Assembly (NCBI GenBank): GCA_000320545.1
Contig: ADNK01002490.1
Coordinates: forward strand, 1 to 64,000
Direction of reading: 5' to 3'
Source: Bigelowiella natans CCMP2755
Lineage: Eukaryota > Protista > Cercozoa
DNA: 64,000 nt
Positions 12,301 through 23,829 of the stretch are shown in pieces (the first letter of the stretch is position 1; the number at the start of each line of letters is the position of its first letter). A program made the position numbers and the translations under genes. The notes below the pieces were generated by a model. The model was given only the letters and a program-made list of their open reading frames with translations, had not been told where the DNA came from and searched no databases.

Positions 12301-15300
12301 ACAACCGAGTAATAAAGAGGATCCAGACACCTACACCAAGGATAGATGACGTTATTGAACACGTCATAGGATACAAATACTACTCTTCCCTAGATAAAAA
12401 TGAATCATACATGCAGACACCCATCCACAAAACCTCCCGCCCCATTACCGCGTTCTCCAGCAGGCACAGGAAGTGGCACTTCGTCGTATTCCCTTACGGC
12501 CTAAGCATATCAGGGGATGCGTTCAGTAGTCAGAACTACAGGGCATACACACATGATGGGATGGCGTCTGTGTTGTGGGTGTTTGTGTTTGTGTATGTGG
12601 ATGATGACATAATATGTACCAACACAGTCGTCGCTCAGATCTTCCTCCTGGAAAATATATTTATTAGGTTTGCACACTTCGGTTTTACTATTAGACTGCA
12701 GAAGTGTACATTCCTAGCTACAAGAATCAAGTGGTGTGGATATTACCTGGAGCAAGGCCGCATCACCCCAAACCCCGAGAAAGTAGCAGCACTACAGCAA
12801 GCCCCTAAACCTAAGAATGCAAAGGAGTTAAAGTCATTCTTGCAGACTGCAGCTTGGATACTACGTAGGTTCTCCCCTACCTACGCTAGGACTGCAGCTG
12901 CTTTTACTACTGCTTACCGGAAGGAGAACTCTGTAGGCCTCAGCTTCGCTAAGGTGTGGGCCAAGGCTGGCCTTGATGCCCACTTCGATAACCTAATAAA
13001 GTTATGCAGCAACACCCTATTGAATGCTAAGCTAGACACTACTAGACCAGCTACCCTATGGACAGACTGGTCTAAGCTAGGTATGGCTGCTGTACTTACC
13101 CAAGACCAGCAGATCATACGGGTGTGGGGCAGGGCCTGCACAGCAGCTGAGGCCAAGTACAGCCCTACAAAAGGAGAGTATAAAGCCATGACTGAGGCGC
13201 AGAGGAAACTAAGATACTACCTGCTGTCGGTGCCCAGCTTCACCTTAATGACTGACCACAAGCCCCTCCTAGGCATCGACCGCAAGCTCGAAGCGCCTAA
13301 CGATGAGTATGCAGCTATGAGGGCGGACACGGAAGAGTTTAGGGACAAGAGGACAGTGGTCTACGCACCAGGAGACAAGCAGCTTGCTGACTATTTCAGC
13401 AGGCTGTTCGAAAAGAAAGTCCCTACCCAGGTCACCCCTATGGTTAACGCGATTACCTTCGAGGACGGCGACTTCCTGCCTGAGCCAGAGGAGCTCCAGC
13501 ACCTTCAAGAACACCTGGATAAATACAAACACAAGCATGAGGTACTTAGTGATAGGATATATGTATACACTAATAATGTTAGGCGTACCTACGTGCCACG
13601 GCGGACCAGGGGAGCCCTTCTCTTTACCGCCCATGGACCTGCACACGTAGGAGAAAACCATATCACTGCTCTACTCTACCATTACTACTGGCCCTACAAG
13701 CTAAAAGAGATAAGGACATACCTGCGTGGCTGCAGGTGCTCCAGCTTGAAGGCGGCAGGCGTCGCCACCAAGGAGTCCAGCAAGAGCCGTGCATCTAAGA
13801 AAATCAAAGCAAGGAACTTCTTAGATATCGTGCAAATTGATGTTTATAAGTACGATGGCTATCACTACCTTACCTTCGTTGATGTGGCCACTGGAAAGTG
13901 CTGGGTTAAAAAGATTATCAAGGTCAACGTTGCTAAGAAGAACAAAGGCTTATATAAGCAGAGGCTTACTAACTGCTACCGTACCTGGGAGTCTGAGCTC
14001 CAGGCTATCCCTGATGAAGTTAGCATAAACAAGATACCAAAGAAGTTACATGTGGATAATGAGACCTCTCTTCTACAGCTACCACACCCTAATATTGATG
14101 CCTCACCTGTATACTATGCCCAGTCCAACTCCAAGGTAGAGCGACTCCACCGCACCTTGGCCAACCTAAGCAGGATAAATAGCACCACACCAGACAAGAT
14201 ACAAGGGTTAGTAAACGACACCTTCACGTCTGGGGGAGGTATCAAGGATAAGGAGAGGGAAGAAGGCGACGACAACGACGACGATACCGAGAGCGAAGAC
14301 GAGAAGGTCCCGTACGATGGCCGAGTTCTAAAGGAAGGACAGTATGTTAGGGCCAAGGTAAATCTGAGATCGAGAAATAAACAAGACCCCTTCTGGGGTG
14401 GCGTTGCAAAGGTTACCGAGAGGAAGGGGAGGAAGCAGTACTACATCTATGATGGGAACAGGGTCACCTTGCGCCACATCAGTCACCTAAAGAATTATGA
14501 TATCGGTGAGAAGCTCCTAGAGGATGTTAAAGTAAACCCTACTGTGTGGGAGCGAGCAATGCCTTGTTTAGGACCCCGACCTAAGTTCGATGTGGAATAT
14601 GGAAACAATAAGGTCAGGGTGAACGACGATTGGCGCATGAAGATTGTCTATCTAGGCTACCCTGGATTACGAAATATGGAGAGGGTAGCTATGAAAATAA
14701 AGGACGGAAAATATCAGCTACTCTACCTAGCTGTTCCCGACTTACCCTTTGAGCACTGGTATAAGGTCCTGGGGGACCTTGATGCAGAGGGCTGGTATGG
14801 ACACGAACCTAAGGACGAAGGTGAGTTCTGGGTAAGCGACAAAGGAGATAAGGTTAGAGAGGAATCTATTACCTGGTGGTTGGTGAAGTTCCGAAAGCGA
14901 TGAAGGTCTAAGGGAATAAGGAAGGAAGGAAGGAGCAACGTGACTTGGGGGAGGTGTAGCGCGTACCACTACGCGGGCACAAGTCACGTGCGACAACAAA
15001 GGGGTTGTCGCGGATATAGAATATAGATAACGTAGATATTAATACAGCATAGGCACGTGGGTTCCGGCGGGACTCATGGCAGCACACCGGAAGTGTGCTG
15101 CCCCACGTGCGGCGGCATTCGCGAAAGCTTCGCGAATGATTACGCAGTGCACGATTTAATAAAAATATAATCTTTAATAAAAATAAACACAACTCTTCAA
15201 AAGGAAGCAAACGTGCCTTTCCCCCCCCCTGCCTACTTGTGCACGTAGCGCCTCGGCCTGTGAACACCTTACGCGCAACATGTATGTGTTAATGTTGAAA

Positions 15301-16109
15301 AAACAGGTGGTGGACAACAGCCTAAGTCACCAAATAGCCAACACCTGATTATCGACTTTCTCAATGTACCAAAAGCTAGCCCTTGCGTTCACAGTGAAGT
15401 TTCCATTAGTAATACCGAAGATATCAGAATCCAGCAACCGATAATGAAGAACTGGTGTACAGGAGTACCGAGCAAGCGGAAGACTATGAAAAGCCATTAT
15501 GATGCCTTCTTGCCAACACCTTTTCCTCCGCCAACGTTGCGACTTCCCAATTTTTCGCGGAAAAGTGTAACTAGCCGACATGAGGATGGAACTCAGACTC
15601 ACAGGGTGTCCGATCTAACTTCTAGGGTGTCCGATCTAAAGCTTCGACCTTCTTCTAGGCGTAATAGATCCTTATCTATACCACCTTCCTTGACCCCCAG
15701 CATGCTCCAGTCGCTGCGGGTTGCAATTCCAAAACGCAGCAATTTATCTAAAGCACGGGATGGTGTCCCAAACACGCCAAGCATTTCCTCGGTGCTGATT
15801 TCTCCACCCCTGAGAGGATCAGTATCCTCCAGGGCATCTTCCAAGCATCGTAAGCGGCCGCTGCACCAGTGGAAGTCGCGGCATGTATCCCGATGGGTAG
15901 CTAAATTCGACCGCGAAGCTGCCAAGATGGCCATATTCAAAGGTATAGATGGAACCCACCTCCTCGCAATAGAAAACGAAGAAGGTTTCATTAAGCTCGG
16001 CTGGAGTCGTGACTCGAAGAAGCTGAAGTACCTCCTAAAAGACCTACAGGTCTTACAGACTGAAGATATGGTCTGGAAAATCAACAATCTTAATTTAAAA
16101 TTGAAATGA
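9337..16109 (+). CDS. SAM (sterile alpha motif) domain protein; main exon 15307-16109, retrotransposon probably in an upstream intron
   Basis: WKSRHVSRWV...FKGIDGTHLLAI...FIKLGW matches the SAM consensus. The frame is open from the AG acceptor at 15305-15306, and a phase-compatible GT donor lies at 9344. Confidence 0.65.
9409..9564 (+). repeat. 156-bp tandem duplicate of the LTR 5' portion
   Basis: Identical to 9565-9720 and 14955-15110. Confidence 0.95.
9565..9890 (+). repeat. 5' LTR (326 bp)
   Basis: Identical by eye to 14955-15280. AATAAA signals at about 9768-9797. Confidence 0.95.
9896..9913 (+). promoter_or_regulatory. Putative primer-binding site
   Basis: TGGCTTCCACACACGGGA lies 5 nt after the LTR. 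Its complement (...TCCCGTGTGTGGAAGCCA) resembles a tRNA-Glu/Asp-type 3' end. Confidence 0.5.
9930..14903 (+). CDS. Single-ORF Gag-Pol polyprotein (Gag, Zn knuckle, protease, RT, RNase H, integrase, C-terminal Dam-like domain)
   Basis: 1657 aa: CGYCSRKGKHTAKDC; ALWDSGS; YVDD at 12594; LWTDWS...TDHKPL...ADYFSR; HHCC; QID...HVDN...VERLHRTL; PFWGG...HISHLKNY. Confidence 0.97.
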   Translation: MSQQLEEQQDFGSQAVQGHEQKQERKGDTDAKEGGGTPPQAPPGPAPGIKKADAAAEALENFYEADDEDVAAESKKVVMALRALRPRASNYAKLKVSIEYKYQTHDVWAAIMQDIMDYEADLPPEWAALFRNDGGLGASRGTTQSTVKQQQPVQRNTQFMSVKTAPVMITKYNGKRGEARRWWKNARSILCDFTPNPTENDKLKWLAIIKQAMDLYETGRTRIRQLEKIHTTVSGLRDVEAIMKAFVNEQDANSLPQAIRKYRAMMQHEREPVRDFATRFQDMIDELHDFNYNTGDDQARFEEFKLKIKESTYVTEKGYTTMEAAVQAISLREQEQDRKFTSPKVPGIGNINAIKPQRDWYKDREGNRRCGYCSRKGKHTAKDCRDRKEGRPRMTIRQLNEHYEKLKRKKGRGQGYNNSKWQGSNNGKNNKYKNKKQNSINAIQQQINGILDHLKQAPTKTAVPATQDQDKPMTLDDIKNLGVCNINDEDANRTIKVAMTKVKVKDSYGDYKKLPALWDSGSMPKSFISLSTVRRLGLLDQVTKKERKYAQADGSSSMKTVGELMLKLQIPGSDAETQIKTRVAMTLSMELLLGQDALEKLGGIISFYNHKIYFAKLPKKSGRTISQNMIRLDEWTSESSVNALEFMDLADNKLPTPTELRKKNPGKTIRQITELLDKTPPADDWDIDKGKKYINKILNEKYSDITKPTTKPSSKLTPVKIELKKGYEECIINDPEHRRPEADWEKIEWQINEWAKEGKIEPSNSPWNVRHVLAKKPTYPFFRLAHNFIRHNRVIKRIQTPTPRIDDVIEHVIGYKYYSSLDKNESYMQTPIHKTSRPITAFSSRHRKWHFVVFPYGLSISGDAFSSQNYRAYTHDGMASVLWVFVFVYVDDDIICTNTVVAQIFLLENIFIRFAHFGFTIRLQKCTFLATRIKWCGYYLEQGRITPNPEKVAALQQAPKPKNAKELKSFLQTAAWILRRFSPTYARTAAAFTTAYRKENSVGLSFAKVWAKAGLDAHFDNLIKLCSNTLLNAKLDTTRPATLWTDWSKLGMAAVLTQDQQIIRVWGRACTAAEAKYSPTKGEYKAMTEAQRKLRYYLLSVPSFTLMTDHKPLLGIDRKLEAPNDEYAAMRADTEEFRDKRTVVYAPGDKQLADYFSRLFEKKVPTQVTPMVNAITFEDGDFLPEPEELQHLQEHLDKYKHKHEVLSDRIYVYTNNVRRTYVPRRTRGALLFTAHGPAHVGENHITALLYHYYWPYKLKEIRTYLRGCRCSSLKAAGVATKESSKSRASKKIKARNFLDIVQIDVYKYDGYHYLTFVDVATGKCWVKKIIKVNVAKKNKGLYKQRLTNCYRTWESELQAIPDEVSINKIPKKLHVDNETSLLQLPHPNIDASPVYYAQSNSKVERLHRTLANLSRINSTTPDKIQGLVNDTFTSGGGIKDKEREEGDDNDDDTESEDEKVPYDGRVLKEGQYVRAKVNLRSRNKQDPFWGGVAKVTERKGRKQYYIYDGNRVTLRHISHLKNYDIGEKLLEDVKVNPTVWERAMPCLGPRPKFDVEYGNNKVRVNDDWRMKIVYLGYPGLRNMERVAMKIKDGKYQLLYLAVPDLPFEHWYKVLGDLDAEGWYGHEPKDEGEFWVSDKGDKVREESITWWLVKFRKR
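14910..14954 (+). promoter_or_regulatory. Polypurine tract
   Basis: AGGGAATAAGGAAGGAAGGAAGGAG followed by GGGGGAGG abutting the 3' LTR. Confidence 0.75.
14955..15280 (+). repeat. 3' LTR (326 bp)
   Basis: Direct repeat of 9565-9890. Confidence 0.95.
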
Positions 16110-16809
16110 AATGCAGTCCGTGAAAATGCTAATAAGAAGAAAGACGTTTTACATTCATCCACCAAGATAGAACAAGCTTGTGGACTCAGCGGCTAGTCAC
16201 CTGCAAAAGCTAGCCGAGCATAACACGCAATTTCTATTATCTCGATCATCGAATTGCTCAAAAGTTAATGTGATAAATATTGGATTTATGCCTGCAGCTA
16301 GCTGCTACTAGATGTCGTGCTCATTTGATTGACTGTATGGTCGACGATAGACACATTAGCAATATACACACAATAGCAAAGAATGAATTTTTAAGTCAGC
16401 GAAAACTCCTACGCGCATCTAAACATCTAAACATGTTTACACGGCAGTACGGATAATACACTGTGTCTATAGTGCGATACATGTATAGTTGTATGTGCAT
16501 GCAATACTACAGCGGCGTATGCATGCTTTATTCGCATATGGCGAGCTAGGGTATTCGGCAAACTAACCACTGTCATAATGGCGCTAATAGCGTTGTGTGT
16601 CTATTGTGTACTCTAAGCTGAGGATGGGCCTGCAACGATACTAAACACAGAGATATATAGCCATGCGAAGATGCGCTTATTTATTTAGGCAAACCGTACA
16701 TCTATGATCATGTATGCATATGAGTAACGTCACGTGCAAGGAACGGTAGCCATCACTGTTCTAGAAATCTGATACAATGAAAATACAACTAATCAACCAC
16801 TCATTCAAT

Positions 16810-18046
16810 CATTTCCTTTCTCCTCCCTGCTCTTCTCCATGAGCCGTTTCGGTTGTTCTGTCAAGACATCGTTACATCAATCATTCTAAAATAAACAACA
16901 AACTGGGTAAATTAATGAAAGCAGTGATAAGTATTTTAATTAATTTTTAGTAACTTTCTTCTCTTTTCGACGTTCCCGTCGTTCCTCCTTGTACACTGAA
17001 ATATGAATTAGTAATCATGATCGAGAATGCATAGTACATCATTGCCTGCAAGCATTTATAACCTTTTTTCTTAGCCTTTTTCTCCAATTTCTCCATTTTC
17101 TTCTTTTGTACCATATCCTGCTATTAAAAGGAGTAGCAATTCATTTGTTACGTTACATTGTATCTAAATAATTCACACTAGTCCATAGCAGTATCAACGT
17201 GTAACTAATTTACAGCTCACCTCTATTCGTAGAACATCGACCTGATTACTAAAGGACAATAACAAAGAATGAAAAAGAAGAAGTGGGTGAAGGTGTATAT
17301 TTGTACTCACCAAGACCGTCATCATCATCATTATCATTATTATTATCACTGGTAGCAGCAGCAGCATTTATCATATCAGTCGACATAATCGTTTATCTCA
17401 TTCTCATTGTAGCTTTCAATTCTTTAAAAAATCGCACAGTTCGTTCTTCTCCTTGTTGAATTTGGAATCGTCGTCAGCATATTCCAGCTTTCGCAAATCA
17501 AGAACATAATCCTCATCGTTCAAACGCCTGGATTCGTGCTCTTCATAAAGGTCCCAAGGAACATGCACTCTGGCTCGCTGGAAACTACCTACACTATTAT
17601 TGCTGAGCTCCTCGTTCTGCTGCTGCCTTTCATCGAAGAAACCACGAGGCGGCGATGAGTTCTCGCTCATCTTGTGTCCAATGAAGTTGTTACGATTGCG
17701 GTTGCCATTCGACGAATAAATAGACCAAGGTGTCTTCTCGCCATCATCGGCGTCTTGCTCCTCCTGCACTTGGCCCAGCTCTTCATAACCGTGATGGTCT
17801 ATGTTAAGCCTGCTTTTTCCGGGCGATTTCCTCTCCCCGAAGTGATTGAAATGATGACTAAAGTGCCCCTCCTGAAGAGAGGGAGTTGGAATTTTAAAAT
17901 GGGGGGGTCCTTCCATTCGACTTTTCCCTGCTTCCTGTTCATCCTTACGTGCTGCATTTCTCTCCTGATGGATTTCGCCTAAAACCTTCTTTAGATTATA
18001 GCCTGAACGAAGGGACCTTGGTGCTGATAAATATATTTATTCATAT

Positions 18047-18092
<46 letters not shown>

Positions 18093-20890
18093 ACATGCAC
18101 ATGCACGCGCATTATATGTATATAATGTGTGTGTGTCAGGGGGGCATGATGCAATAACGAGGATACAACGTTTCAGTTTTCTTTGTGGGAAGGGCGCTTA
18201 GCTTACGTTTATCTTTTTTTTGCAGTGTCTCCTTTGATCCGTCCCCCAGACTTGGAGACGCTGATTGCTGAGGGGGTAAATCGATAGGGGGTGGAAAGTC
18301 CTGGTTTGATGGCTTTCTTGGATTCGTCGGCTTTATCCTATTAGCAATGCTGCCTTCAAAATTATCGATCATCTTCTGGAAATGCTGTTGCAGAGAATTA
18401 TCTATCTCTTCTTTTTCCGACGCAGTGAGGTTCTCAGGCTCTTCAAATAGATCGACCTTCTTCCATAAATGTGGCGCTTTGTGAGGAAGCGTGAAACTAC
18501 CGTTGCTGCCAAGTATCATGCTATCAAAGATGTTGATTCCTGGAGATGTGCTTGACGGCTTTGTAAGAGGCTCGTCGTCATCATCATCATCATCATCATC
18601 ATCACCACCACCATATTCGTCAACATCGTCGTCGTTGCTGTCTCCATCGATAGCATCTCTTACAGTACGTGTAGATCTATCAGAGTCACGTGTTGATGTT
18701 GTGACATCGCCCTTTAATAGAGGAGATGCAGCATTCTTCTCCTGCTGTTCCGACGGCCTCCAGCGTTGTTTTGGTTTTTCGTAGTATATTCTGCGTATTA
18801 GGTCCTCGTCCAGAGCTGCGAATCTGCAGTTAGAAAATTAATCATTGTGTTGCACTCTCAGAGATTCATATAAAAGACGGGCATGTATTTGCAAGTCCCT
18901 ACAACGAGAGGAGCGACTTTTCTCTAGTTTCAGAGATTGTCGCCTCTTGTTTTCCTGTTTAGGTTAGTTGTTGTACTTTCGTGCAAGTTGCATGATGCTT
19001 TTCCCGGAGTCATTAGGGATTTCATCGATGCTAGTAGGAATAAAGCAGGTGCCGAATTGGTGGTTCTCTGCGAGCTGCGATTCTCCCCACATTGCAATGG
19101 AGCCCATAGTCTTATTTAGAATTTCCATCTCGTCGGTTATGCTGGGATCCGTGACCGTGAGGAACAATTCTTTGTCTGTCAACGTGGGACTCCTTAATGA
19201 AGCGTTAAAAGTGGTAGATAATAATATCAGTATTAACGGTGATGTGAAGAACAAAAAAAACGTTTGTATGTATGAGCTCGTCTCGTAAGTGGTGATATTT
19301 GTGATGTCACTGCAATGATAACCCTGGTGGTGCATATATCTCACTTTTGGCGCTGGAAAAACGAATTGATGGTCGCGCAATCTCTTCGGAGCATCTTCAT
19401 AGAATTCGGGTGTGATAAATCGACACTCTGGCCCACATCTATAATCTTAGCTCGCTGCTCGTGGAAAACGATGTTGTACTCGGAAAGGTCGCCGTGGACA
19501 AGATGGGCGCGCGTGAACATCTTCCACATTGATATGACAACATCCGCGTAGATGAAGGACCATGTCTCCGGGTCGAGATTCGCATGCTGCTTGGCAACTT
19601 CCGCCAGAAGAGGAGCAGGATTTGGATCAGGGCCAAGTCCCTCATGCAAAAACTCCATAGCAATTACCTGTACACAACAAACCGTTAGGCTGCGATGATG
19701 AATGGGTGGCTAGCAATGATGCCTACATGGCCAATGATTGCGTAGGGCCTTGGACATGGAACCTCCGCCTCCACCAACCGCTTCAGGTTTCGGAACTCTT
19801 TAAGAGCCCATGTGCGCACCATTCTGCCTGGGTTTGAGATATGGGTGTACTCCTTTTCCATCCGTCTGTCGCCTCTGGTGTATTCGTTCCGCCTTGTGAA
19901 TGCTTGCACTGTGGTTCTAAAGATCTTGAGGCAAACGTATCCGAAGACCTGTGCTCCATACGCAAAGAATATGTTTGACTCCTTTCCCGCTTTTATGTTG
20001 CCACCCATTACATCGAACCACCCCGCGTTTTGAATCTTCTTGACCATGCGAAGCGTGCGCTTGTCGAGGACACCCATGCGCGTTCGAAAGTCCTTCACTT
20101 TCGGATCCTTCCATTTCACGTAGTCGCTTGCGGCAACCCTCTGTGTTTTGTTTTTCCTAGTTATCACTTGGGTAGCAACATTATCACCGCTAATGGTATG
20201 TGCCTGTTCCCCACATTCCTGCGAGTCCTCAGTGTAGTAAGACGAGCTACTCTCATCAATGTTCTGCGGTGATTGGTCGTGCTGCCATGCTTGGCTCTCT
20301 TGGTCATCACCATATTCTCCTTCCTCGCCTAGATTCTGACGGAGGAACTCCTTTAAACTGCCACTCATTGATGCGCCTTTTAGAGTGTTCAGGCCATGTT
20401 GTTGTTCCCCTTCTAACCTTCCGTTGAGTGACAAGTCCTCGAAGCCAACATCGTTACGATCCCTTTCGTCATAATCATCAAAATCATCACTATCCTCATC
20501 ATAATCGTATCCATTCTCGAAAAGCGTATCTATATTCCAAAGCTTTGTATTGTTCTTCTCTATTCTGTGCGCCGAGGAAGCATTAGTTGGTGCTGAGGAG
20601 GGAGTGCTGGCAGGCAGGGAGGAAGACAAATTTGCCGTCTGTTTTACAGATTGTTCTGCAAGATGATTTGTATTCGGTGGAAGGTTTATTGCGCCCCTAA
20701 TTGTAGACGCGCAGAGTCCATAGATCTGTTGAGGACGGACGAATGGACACATAGACGATATCAGATTATTACACATCACGAGACAGTCAGGATTCTGTGC
20801 TAAAAACTGCTGATCTACCAAGTTTAGTGAGAGAGGGGTGGCAAGATTTGGGACTTGCGCTCCCTCCGCATCCGATCTGGAGGAGCTGGA
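16810..20890 (-). CDS. RIO1: RIO1-family atypical kinase (RIOK1/RIOK3-like), multi-exon, ends approximate
   Basis: GVLDKRT, AGKESNIF, WALKEFRNLKRL, LVHGDLSEYN, IIDVGQSVDLSHP, LRRDC, FIPTSIDEI. K/E-rich terminal exons at about 16810-17120 are assumed to belong to it. Confidence 0.85.
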
Positions 20891-21448
20891 ATAAACCTAA
20901 AGATGGGTAAATCGGAACGTTCAGCTCAACTTATTTTTTAGTCGAGCTTTTACGAAATCAAGTCCTACAATGATGATGGAAGGTGTAAGGCAGCACACAG
21001 TCAGCACGAGCGCCAGTTGCAGCCTCGCACGGCGACGGGATCGTCGCATTTGCCAAGGCAGTGGCGTGCTGAGCGTTCAGATTTCCTGCCCCCTGACCGG
21101 CTGGAGCACAAAGCAGGAAGGAGCAGGAATTTTAGGGGCAGGCCGTTGTGATATGTGTTGATTGTCTCAATGCTAAAACGCCATACATCCTCCCGATATG
21201 CATCCTAAAATTTCCTGTCGCATACCAGAATCGAAAGCTACTCCCAGATTTTTTTTACATCGGAAAAACATCTGCCTGTATCCGTACCGAAATTTGAGGT
21301 AATAGACATATTGCCACAGGTATCCTGGAAGTCGTATATTTGTCAAAATGACATGCGGCAAATATCCATGATATAAGATCGATTTTTGTTCGAGCTGTAG
21401 TTTTATTAAACTGTAGAATCCGTAACGTACACCCAGAAGAAAAAATCG

Positions 21449-22167
21449 ATGTCGACACCAAACGAGAAGACCCCCGACCCCAAGGACGGGGACAAAGATA
21501 AGGCACCCTGCAAGGACGGCGACAAAGATAAGGCACCCAGCCAGGACGCAAAAGGAAAGGAATCTAAGGATGTTGGAGCAGTGACCTCAGTCAAAGAAAC
21601 TTCGAGCACTCGAAATCTAAAAAAGATCCGTGATGGATTCAAGATTGTCAACATGGAAATGACAGATTCTGAGTCTGGTGAATCGTTGTGGCAAAGATCG
21701 GAATGGGAAGATATATTTACAAAGGAAATAAAAATAAAGCTGCCAACGGCCGTTCACAAAGCCAAAACGGTCGCGAGGACAATGAAATTTTCAACCGTTG
21801 AGGCAATTGAAAATCTTCGGCTGATGCAAAGAGTCTTGCTGCATGGCCAAGTCATTGAAGGTCAATCGCAACTTTTCCATCTATATAATCACCACTTATA
21901 GTTTGTCCCCTTTGCAGTATGGAACTTTAAATTTGGGTTTTCAATCCCCAACTCGACAAATTCATGGCAGTGCGTTATAGAATCAGCAGGAGACGGCAAC
22001 ATGATACCCGTTCACATCCTAAGGTGACTATATTTGCCAACTTAGTCCTCTATGTGATACTTATACTTACTCTAACAATTAGCGGCAACGTGGTCATAGA
22101 GACACAATTTTTTGACGCCGAAAAACTGATTGCGAAGTCCTCCATGAGGATTATTTATGAAGACTAG
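21449..22167 (+). CDS. PDE6D: PDE-delta prenyl-binding protein (exons 21449-21860, 21918-22023, 22083-22167)
   Basis: GFKIVNMEMTDSESGESLW...WNFKFGFSIPNSTNSWQ...LSGNVVIETQFFD...MRIIY, joined by GT-AG introns in frame. Confidence 0.93.
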
Positions 22168-23468
22168 CTACATTAGAATTTATTTAGCTCCGTATTGGGC
22201 AGAGAAAATATAGAAGTAGAAAACTTCAGTTGCACCCTTAGACTTGTTATAAATAGTAGCATCCATTTCGTTGGAGGTATGAGATTCCCAGTTATGTACC
22301 TATTTTTTTCCTCTCAGCACGCCTTCCTTCCTCAAACCCATTTTGGCTCAGCACAGCTGATTGGAAAATAGTTTCCATGTCATATAATTGATACTGACTT
22401 ATTGTACATAAGTTTTAGTTCCCTCTTTCGTCCATAATGTCTATCTATGTGCGACGCGCACGCGCACGACTGTGTTGCATTATGGATGTAATCGCGCTGC
22501 ACACACACAGCATAGAGGATTTGCGTTGCAAGCTACGACTGTAACCAATGCGACTGCATGTGTACACAAGTGTGTAACATGTTCGAGGCGGAATGCGTAT
22601 TCTTCAAGCGCGAATGAGCTCATGTTGCGCCACTAATCTAGCTTGTGTGTCTTTGGCGTTAATGAATAATGCATGCGTGCGCCCATAATATTTCAATGCT
22701 GCAGCTTATTATGGCTTTGCTTGCGCAAGCCATGATAGCTAGCAGGCTAGGTGCGGTGTGAGTGGATCGATCAGCTGCGAATGAATGGTATATGGGACTA
22801 TAAGTCACTATAATGGTTGGAGCTCCATTGGCATGTACATAGTGTCTAGATGTTGCTTGCATGCGCAACTAGCAAGAGCAAGCACCGCGGTCCCGCTAGC
22901 CCGGGACAGTGCATGATTGATCAATCACGCAGCTGTACAAGCGCCGCGCGCGGGCGGTGCGCGTCAGCACAAAGGTCAATATTTCCAATTTTTTAGCTGT
23001 GTTTTGTGACAGGACATCACAGATCAGTACGTCATTGTTACACACTAGCACATATTAGACATAGCACACACATCTAGAAACGTGTGAGCGCATGAAGGGG
23101 TTCGATAGCGGGCCAATGTCACTAGGCGCTGTGCAATGACAAATCGTTGCTCTGTAACTAACAAAAGTAATACATTATTACTGTATTGTCCGGCGTGGTT
23201 TCTGCAGGTCGCCGAGATCACATTTGCAGCATGTAGTACTACCTAGCACATATAGATGCCCTTGATGCTTACTATGTGATATCTGAGATACCTGTTTGTT
23301 GAGGCGTTTGCTGTTATTAAAAGCAGTACCAATAAATTGCATGGCGCGTCTCGTATCCATTAAGTCGTTCAATACCACAGATGCAATGGATAACTATAGA
23401 CACAGTATGCTACATCTTATGTGTGGCACATATATACGTCAGTTGTTGTGCTGTATACTATGCATAGC

Positions 23469-23513
<45 letters not shown>

Positions 23514-23829
23514 TGTGTCCATTGTGATATCTAGATATGGTGGTGTAATGCATGCACAGTGGACGGGACGGTCCAGGTAATCATGAGGTTTTTGTCCGGG
23601 GCGACTATCTTACATGTGTCAGTTCAAAAAGGCCGCCAACACTGTGGATGTGTCAATCCTCCTCGAAATTTTGAAAATACTGTGCACGTAAATCTTTCAG
23701 CATGCAAACTTGCGTAGTCCAGCTTGTATTTTCAGATAGTATGGCCATGTACGTATGTGTTCAGAACATCGAATGCAGATGCAACTTTCGATCATTGAGC
23801 ATAATCGATGGCAGCACCGGAAATCGTGG

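Larger units (their letters stand above)
9409..15280 (+). mobile_element. Intact Ty3/gypsy LTR retrotransposon
   Basis: 326-bp LTRs at 9565-9890 and 14955-15280 with TG...CA ends. Terminal inverted repeat TGTAGCGCGTA/TACGCGCAACA; 4-bp TSD TGTA at 9405-9408 and 15281-15284; domain order PR-RT-RH-IN. Confidence 0.97.

Noticed and set aside
19341-20821. Functional clustering of RIO kinase (40S maturation) with rDNA
   Set aside because: A single gene about 17 kb from the nearer rDNA copy among unrelated genes; coincidence is sufficient.
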